A DNA stretch of 63,719 nucleotides, counting the filler, from a bacterium (lineage in GTDB: Bacteria > JAMOTN01): assembly GCA_027062325.1 (NCBI GenBank). It is 3 parts of 3 records of this genome, joined end to end, with 100 filler letters (N's around TTAATTAATTAA, not from the genome) between each part and the next. Parts side by side here need not be neighbours in the genome. Positions count along the whole stretch, not along the records: positions 52,637 to 63,719 come from JAMOTN010000020.1; 2 more parts are not named here. One strand, written 5' to 3'. Both the position numbers and the translations under genes were made by a program. This document shows positions 57,666-63,719 of the stretch, piece after piece (within the stretch, counting starts at the first letter, position 1; each line of letters starts with the position of its first letter). The notes under the pieces were generated by a model. It searched no databases. It saw only the letters and a program-made list of their open reading frames with translations, and was not told where the DNA came from.

Positions 57666-60140
57666 GTGGCTGATTGGCTTGATAACGTGTTGAGTGAAGA
57701 AATATTCAAGAAGGAAGAGGTACGAGAGAGTGCGCGTGAATATTATGAAAAGGCTAGAAAGTTTGAAGAGGAAGGAGAGTTAGATAAGGCTTTACGCTTT
57801 TATAGGAGAGTTGTTGCTCTTGATCCAACGGATGCTTACGCCTACAACTTTATGGGAAGAATTTACTTAGAGCAGGGGAATTATTCTAAAGCCATAGAGT
57901 GTTTTATGCAGGCAATAAATTTGAACGGTAATCACGTATGGGCTTTTTACAATGCAGGGATTGCTTATAAAAAATGGGGAGTTTTTGAAGAGGCTGAACG
58001 TTACCTAATGCAGGCTTTAGATAGGGGATATGTTCCGGCTGTAATTTCTCTATTGGAACTTTACCTTGAGATGGAAAAATACGAGTCTATCCCTAAATTA
58101 CTTAAGTACTCTAGAAAGGTTTCGTCGTATCACTATTGGCATTACTTATTAGGAAAGTACTATTATCTAACTGGAGATGAAGTTAAAGCTCGGCGTGAGT
58201 TTACAAAAGCTGTTATTTTGAACAATGAGGATGAATATTCATACAGTCGATTAATAGAGCGTTTGTACGATGATGGTTTTCTAAAGTTAGCTTTTAGATA
58301 TTTAAAAAAGGCTTTGAAAAAATTTCCATTTTCTTTAAAGTTGCGTTATCTCTATGCCTTTCATCTTTACAAAATAGGAAGTTTTGAAGATGCTGTTCAT
58401 GAGTTGAAAAAGATAATATCGGTCGATTCAAATTACAAGGAAGCAAGGATTCTTTTAGCTAAGTTGTACAATTATCTCAATCTTCCTGAAATGGCCTTGA
58501 AAATTTTTGGGGATACGTTCTCTCCTGCTCAAGATTTATCGTATGAAGAGCTTGTGATACTTGCAGAAAGCTACTATCTTCTTGGGAGGTACAATCAATC
58601 CCTTCAGCTTGCTTTGGATGCTATATCAATGGAACCGGCTTTGCACGAGGGATATTTAATAGCTGCTAAAGTTTACTACCAGAAAGGTTTGCTTAAGGAT
58701 GCGTTGAAAATTTTGGAAAGAGGGCTGGCCTATAATGAGCATGTTGACTTATTGAAAGAGAAATGGAGGTTATTAAATTCGCTTGGAGAATTAGAAGCTG
58801 CGTTTGAGATTGCGGAACGCTTGAAAAAGCTTGGTGTTGAGCTGGAAGATGATGAAGATGAAGAAGAAGAGAGGTTTTCTCATTTGAAAAGGCTCTGGAA
58901 GAACTCACGTGAAAGTGCTTCTACAGAAGAGCTTTTGGAATATGCTTCTATGCTCAGAAAGCGCCAAGCTTTTGAAGAAGCAAGAGAGGTTTATGAGTAT
59001 TTGCTATTAAGAGAACCTGATAATGGTGTGATAGCTATGCATTACGAAAAGGTCATGGCAATTCTTGAAGGAAAAAGTGGCCAAATTGCTGATCTTGAAT
59101 TGGCGGTTGTTAGAGATCCTGAAAATCCCGAACTTCATTGGAAATTAGGATTAGAGTACCTTAAATTGGGAAAATTTGATCTTGCTGAGCGTGAGATGGC
59201 AAGTGCAGTTGTTTTGGCTCCAACTTCTGAGAGAGTTTTGGAGTTGGCAAAGTTATACGAACAGCTTTATTCGAAGTCAAAAGTTTTAGAATTTTTGAAA
59301 AAGCACTTGAATTTTCCAGAAGTTACGTGGCGCATGTTTGAAATATATCTTGAAATGGGTGAGTTTGAAAAGGCTGAATATTTACTGAATTCTCAAATAC
59401 CAGAGGATAAGAAGAGAACAGCAGTTGGTTTGCTAGCTTTTTATCGTGGAAATTATGAAGAAGCTTACAAGGATCTGCTTGGAAGTAATTATTACAAACA
59501 ACTTGCTGAGGTTGCTTTAAAATTAGAAAAATATGAAGATGCTTTGAGGTATGCTGATAATGTTGATGATGAAAGAGTGAAACATTACATAAAAGGTGTT
59601 GCTTACAAACAATTGGAAGATATGGAAAGTGCCCTAAGGGAGTTTTCACAGCTGGTAAAACGTTGGCCGGATGATGAGTTTGCTTGGTATAACTTGGGAT
59701 TACTTTATTCAAAACTTGGGAATTTTGCTAAGGCGCGAGAGGCTTTCAACAGAGTTATAAAGCTCAATCCTGAAGATGTGTATGCTTACAATCAACTTGG
59801 AAAGATTATGGTGAGTGTTGGGGTTTATGATGAGGCTTTGACTTATTACAAAGCGGCTTATGTTTTACAACCAAATGATCTCATAACTTTGAGAGGCCTT
59901 GCTAAGGCCTTAGAAGGGTTGGGAAAAGTTGAAGAAGCTTCCAAAATATACAAACGTATGTATTCTCTAAAAAAGGATGTTGCTGTTGCTTTTAAGTTGG
60001 CTACCTGCTATGAAGAGATGAGGGATTATAAGAAGGCACTTGAGTGGTGGCAAAAAGTTTTAGAAGAAGCGGATCCAACATCTAGTATGGCTAATTTTGC
60101 GAGGGATGCTTTGAGAAGGTTGAAGAGTAAAGTAAAGTAA
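57666..60140 (+). CDS. TPR-repeat protein
   Basis: Many TPRs (AYNFMGRIY, AWYNLGLLY, AYNQLGKI); AAGGAGG RBS. Confidence 0.92.
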   Translation: MADWLDNVLSEEIFKKEEVRESAREYYEKARKFEEEGELDKALRFYRRVVALDPTDAYAYNFMGRIYLEQGNYSKAIECFMQAINLNGNHVWAFYNAGIAYKKWGVFEEAERYLMQALDRGYVPAVISLLELYLEMEKYESIPKLLKYSRKVSSYHYWHYLLGKYYYLTGDEVKARREFTKAVILNNEDEYSYSRLIERLYDDGFLKLAFRYLKKALKKFPFSLKLRYLYAFHLYKIGSFEDAVHELKKIISVDSNYKEARILLAKLYNYLNLPEMALKIFGDTFSPAQDLSYEELVILAESYYLLGRYNQSLQLALDAISMEPALHEGYLIAAKVYYQKGLLKDALKILERGLAYNEHVDLLKEKWRLLNSLGELEAAFEIAERLKKLGVELEDDEDEEEERFSHLKRLWKNSRESASTEELLEYASMLRKRQAFEEAREVYEYLLLREPDNGVIAMHYEKVMAILEGKSGQIADLELAVVRDPENPELHWKLGLEYLKLGKFDLAEREMASAVVLAPTSERVLELAKLYEQLYSKSKVLEFLKKHLNFPEVTWRMFEIYLEMGEFEKAEYLLNSQIPEDKKRTAVGLLAFYRGNYEEAYKDLLGSNYYKQLAEVALKLEKYEDALRYADNVDDERVKHYIKGVAYKQLEDMESALREFSQLVKRWPDDEFAWYNLGLLYSKLGNFAKAREAFNRVIKLNPEDVYAYNQLGKIMVSVGVYDEALTYYKAAYVLQPNDLITLRGLAKALEGLGKVEEASKIYKRMYSLKKDVAVAFKLATCYEEMRDYKKALEWWQKVLEEADPTSSMANFARDALRRLKSKVK

Positions 60141-60171
60141 GCTGTATTGACTGTGGGGATGGTGGCACTTA

Positions 60172-63100
60172 TTGGTGTGGTGGAGTAAATTATTGAGTTT
60201 CTTTTCAAATATTACTCGTCCTGAGGTAGATAAATTAAAAGAAAATCTTGTTTCGTCTCCTAGTAAAAGTCTCAATTTGGTAATGGAAGTTTTTGGAAAG
60301 TTGTCTATTTGGGAAAAGTTTGAATTGACGAATTTTGTCTTAGATGCTGTTGCTGATCGTTGTCCTAGAGAAAGTCTTGAGTTTTTAAAGGTTGCCTACA
60401 CTTACTTTAAAAATTATTTTAATGGGAATGGTTATGGGAAACATGACTCGTATCTTGGATTTAGCGAAAATTTTTTAAAACGTCTTATTGAGAAGATTGC
60501 AGATTTTATTTTGCTGCTAGAAGATAAGGGCAGTTTGGAGTTTTTAAAAGAAGCTTGGTTAGTTACTCAAAAACGTGTTTATTTGATACACTGGTTGGCT
60601 TGGAGTGGAAGCAATGTAGATTTAGAAAAAGTGGATATATTGCCTGAAAAATTGAAAGAGAATTTTAGAGTATTACATGAGTTACTAGGGAAAGACAAAG
60701 ATTTGGGCAAAAGTGTTAAAAGGATTTCATATAAAGAGAAAATTGATACTGATTTGCAAAAATTTGTGAATTTTGATGAATTTAAAAATTTACCTCTAGA
60801 GGTGCTAAAGCATCTTGCTGTGGTGGAGGGAGATGAAGCAGCTGCATGGTTATACTTTTCGAAAACTTTGGATTCTATACCTTTGCAGAAAGTGTTCTTA
60901 AGCTTTGTTGAGATTTATTTTGAGCAGATTCGTTGGGAAAGAGGAATTGATAAGTTTAAGTTTGAACAGGTTGGCTCTACAGTTTCTGTGGAAAAGGGAG
61001 TCATTGAAATATTGCTTAGATATTGGCATCGTTTGTCGGATCGTCAGAGGATAAAGGTGATAAGAGTAATGAAGGATCCGGAGATTTTGAGTTCTGAAGA
61101 TTTTCCATTGCAGAAAGCTTTGTATGATAAAAAGGAGAACATAACGTGGTTGGGAAGAATAGAGATGTTGGATGATGATGATATTCCTCTAATTTATTTA
61201 AAAGGGGTAGTGCTTGCCAAAGTCAGAGAGTGGGACAGAGCGTTGGTTGAGTTTGATGCGATTGAAGGAAGGGAGGCTTTATTTGAAGAAAGTAAGACAG
61301 ATTACTTTTGGGCTGCTAAGTATTGGAAGGGTTTATGTTATGAAATGTTAGGAAAAGTAGAAGTTGCACGTGACTTTTATGAAGAGCTGGTAGAAATTGG
61401 CTCGATCAGTGCGGCTTTAAGGCTTTTGGCGATGTGTTCATGCGAGATTTTTGTGAAAGATGGATTTTTAAGTTTTAGAAGACTTAAAGATTATATGGGT
61501 GACTCTTTTATAAAGGTTACAGAAATTTTGAGAGAGTGGGTAGAATTGTACAATTCCACTTCTAGAATATTGGGTGCAGAGTTTTCTAAAGAAGAAATTT
61601 TTAGCTCAATGATAGTTCAGGCTATGTGGCTTAATGTGTTTGAGAGAATTTACCTAAAAAGAAGGGAACATTTGGAATTTATAGGGAAGGTTGAAAATAT
61701 TGCTGGTCAGATTGCTTTTTTATTAGCAGAGGCTTTATTGGGAGAAGATTTAGATTTTGATAAGGTAATTACGGACAGTAAGATTTGCTCTGAGGTTGTT
61801 TGGATTTTGGCAAGATTTGATGAAGATCTGCATACTTTACCTATTCCTGATAATATAAAGCGCGTGGTTTCCTATGCTTTTGAGCGTTTACTTGTTCATT
61901 TTTTAGTCTATATAATCGAGAACGATAGAGAGGATTTGCGTGGGGTTATTCTTGAAAATTTAAGGTTTTTTGTGAAAAAAGTAATGTTTTTGGAGAGAGA
62001 TGTTTTGAAGGAATTGTCCTACAGCAAAGTAATAGAATTTGTAAACACTTTTTCAAAATTTATTTGCAGTGTTGATGAGGAGTTAGGGGAAGGATTTTGG
62101 AATATAGTTAGTTTAAAATATTCTCCTCTTTTGGGTGACAGATTAAGGGATTTTAAATCTCCAGAGATAAGGTGGGTGGTCGTTTTAGATAAGCCTGAGT
62201 TTGGAATAGAAAAGGGTTTTTTAGTTTTGAGTAAAGATGGTAAAGTTGAGGCTTTTGAAAATGCGTGGGAATTTTTGAAAGAAATTGTGGATTCGTTTAG
62301 TGGAACTGTTTTTGCTTACGGGTTGAGCAAAGAAAAGCTTCTAGAGTTATTTGAATTGTTGGGAAATTTAGAGGCAAATTTTAAGATGGCAGTTGTTGAA
62401 GAAAATGCGGAGTTTGAAAAAGCTTTGGAGAAAAGTTTTGATGGGGTAAAGGATTTCAATTTGCCAATTGCAGTGCATAGTTTATTAGTTGAAGTTTTAG
62501 AAAACTATGAAGTGGATGCTTTGCTTTACGAGAGAATCGATAGTTTTTTGGAGAGGGCGTTTGAAAAGGGGGGAAGCTTTTTTGATGTTTTTAGGTATGC
62601 AAGAGGAGAAATTGATTGGTTGTTACTAGATGAAGCAATAAGGTTAGGATACGTTTTAGAGGCTGATAAAGTTGTTAAGTGGTTTAAAGAGTTTAAAAAT
62701 GTTTTGCTTTATAAAAATGAGAGTAGATACATTTTCAGGGCGCAACTTTTAAAAATTGGGAAACAAGGAGATGTAGAGCTTTTAAGTCCTAAATTATCAG
62801 AATTGTCTTTTGGTTTCTTAAAGTTGAGCTATGATGGAATAATTCTCAGTGATGGCAAAGTGTATATTTGTAGATTGCGCGGAGACAGTTTGAGTTTTGA
62901 AAAGGATTCAAAATTTCTTTATTTAAATGAAGATGGTATGAAAGCTGTGTATGAATTTTTAAGGAGTACGACTGAAGAATGCCGAGGTAATTGTTCAAAG
63001 ATAGGTGGTAGTGCGTTAGTTATGCATCAACCTGTGGATTTTCTATTAGATTCTGCTGTGTGTGTGGTTTCTGATTATTTAAAGAGTAGAGATGACTTGT

Positions 63101-63719
63101 TAAGAAATGTACTTGATATGTCAAAAGTATTGAGCGGAGTTGTTATGTTATCACAAGAGCCCATATTTAAATGTTTGGAATATGGAATAAGTTGTGTTGA
63201 GAGAGATAATTATAAAATTGATACTAATACTGTTGTGTGGTTTAAATTTTCGGAGTTTCCCACTTTGGCTGAGAGGATTTATGATGTTGGCCATGGTTTT
63301 TCCTCCAGTGTTAAGCCAAAGATTTTGCTAAAAATTCTTAATAATTCAGGAGAGGGAGATCTTAAGACTGATGTTGAAGATTTTTCAGAGAAGCTTTTTG
63401 TTCTTTTATCTGCAGCAGAGATAGGTAAGGGATGGTTGAAGGAGTTTTTATCTTCCATTGCTAAACTTCATTCTAATTTAAGGTTTATAGAATTAATTGA
63501 GTATTTGAGATTGGCATTTGATGAAGGTGAAGTATATGCTTTACCGTATTCTGCTGCTAGATTGAGGGTTAAGCAGAGAAAACTTAAACAAGTTGGATTT
63601 GGTTCTAGAGTTAAAATTTGTGAGATTAAAACTTTGTCAGAGTTGAAGGAGGCTTTGAGGAGAAAGGTTGCTTTGCCTGTATTGAGAATTTCTAAGATAG
63701 ATGCTGCTTCACTTTTAAG
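60172..63719 (+). CDS. Large hypothetical protein (over 1,180 aa) with a TPR-like pair, 3'-partial
   Basis: Read by hand: frame 1 has no stop from 60151 to the window end; start TTG 60172 or GTG 60175; YLKGVVLA and YWKGLCYEMLG TPR-like helices. Absent from the ORF track. Confidence 0.85.
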   Translation, partial: MVWWSKLLSFFSNITRPEVDKLKENLVSSPSKSLNLVMEVFGKLSIWEKFELTNFVLDAVADRCPRESLEFLKVAYTYFKNYFNGNGYGKHDSYLGFSENFLKRLIEKIADFILLLEDKGSLEFLKEAWLVTQKRVYLIHWLAWSGSNVDLEKVDILPEKLKENFRVLHELLGKDKDLGKSVKRISYKEKIDTDLQKFVNFDEFKNLPLEVLKHLAVVEGDEAAAWLYFSKTLDSIPLQKVFLSFVEIYFEQIRWERGIDKFKFEQVGSTVSVEKGVIEILLRYWHRLSDRQRIKVIRVMKDPEILSSEDFPLQKALYDKKENITWLGRIEMLDDDDIPLIYLKGVVLAKVREWDRALVEFDAIEGREALFEESKTDYFWAAKYWKGLCYEMLGKVEVARDFYEELVEIGSISAALRLLAMCSCEIFVKDGFLSFRRLKDYMGDSFIKVTEILREWVELYNSTSRILGAEFSKEEIFSSMIVQAMWLNVFERIYLKRREHLEFIGKVENIAGQIAFLLAEALLGEDLDFDKVITDSKICSEVVWILARFDEDLHTLPIPDNIKRVVSYAFERLLVHFLVYIIENDREDLRGVILENLRFFVKKVMFLERDVLKELSYSKVIEFVNTFSKFICSVDEELGEGFWNIVSLKYSPLLGDRLRDFKSPEIRWVVVLDKPEFGIEKGFLVLSKDGKVEAFENAWEFLKEIVDSFSGTVFAYGLSKEKLLELFELLGNLEANFKMAVVEENAEFEKALEKSFDGVKDFNLPIAVHSLLVEVLENYEVDALLYERIDSFLERAFEKGGSFFDVFRYARGEIDWLLLDEAIRLGYVLEADKVVKWFKEFKNVLLYKNESRYIFRAQLLKIGKQGDVELLSPKLSELSFGFLKLSYDGIILSDGKVYICRLRGDSLSFEKDSKFLYLNEDGMKAVYEFLRSTTEECRGNCSKIGGSALVMHQPVDFLLDSAVCVVSDYLKSRDDLLRNVLDMSKVLSGVVMLSQEPIFKCLEYGISCVERDNYKIDTNTVVWFKFSEFPTLAERIYDVGHGFSSSVKPKILLKILNNSGEGDLKTDVEDFSEKLFVLLSAAEIGKGWLKEFLSSIAKLHSNLRFIELIEYLRLAFDEGEVYALPYSAARLRVKQRKLKQVGFGSRVKICEIKTLSELKEALRRKVALPVLRISKIDAASLL

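Noticed and set aside
2104..60275. Numerous short antisense or overlapping ORFs in the track
   Set aside because: Shadows of well-supported genes, with no motifs or RBS

Overview
The window is three contigs of an AT-rich bacterial genome (probably a MAG), joined by artificial 100-nt spacers (N44-TTAATTAATTAA-N44) at 27206-27305 and 52537-52636, so adjacency across the spacers is not biological evidence. The organism is diderm (TolC, secretin), flagellated and probably thermophilic (inference), with several Firmicutes/Thermotogota-style genes (FliY, FlbD, RbgA, split MetH, gmk-coaBC-priA). Contig 1 has rimM-trmD-SPOUT methyltransferase-rplS-rbgA-phoH-7TM/HD-ybeY-2xCNNM, then a pilin-rich region: seven class III signal-peptide genes, a PilX-like gene, a minimal ComEC, a GAF-adenylate cyclase, a SPASM-only protein and a HEAT-membrane protein. 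It also carries metH, hup, tolC/MFP, coaE, amrB and a dNMP kinase. Contig 2 has rpe, yraN, an MCP, dnaG, a ferredoxin, a flagellar motor/switch operon (flbD-motA-motB-fliL-fliM-fliY), priA-coaBC-gmk, rplU-rpmA-nadD, glycan genes, marC and an archaeal-type ATPase. Contig 3 has a TPR-containing secretin, an HExxH protein, a Trx-CcdA fusion, a P-loop protein, a TPR protein and an unlisted ORF of over 1,180 codons running off the end. I found no CRISPR array, tRNA, rRNA, IS or prophage. Nothing here is demonstrably a new system. The best leads are the pilin/ComEC/cyclase locus, the remodelled FliY, the giant ORF and a palindromic bidirectional promoter between gmk and rplU.
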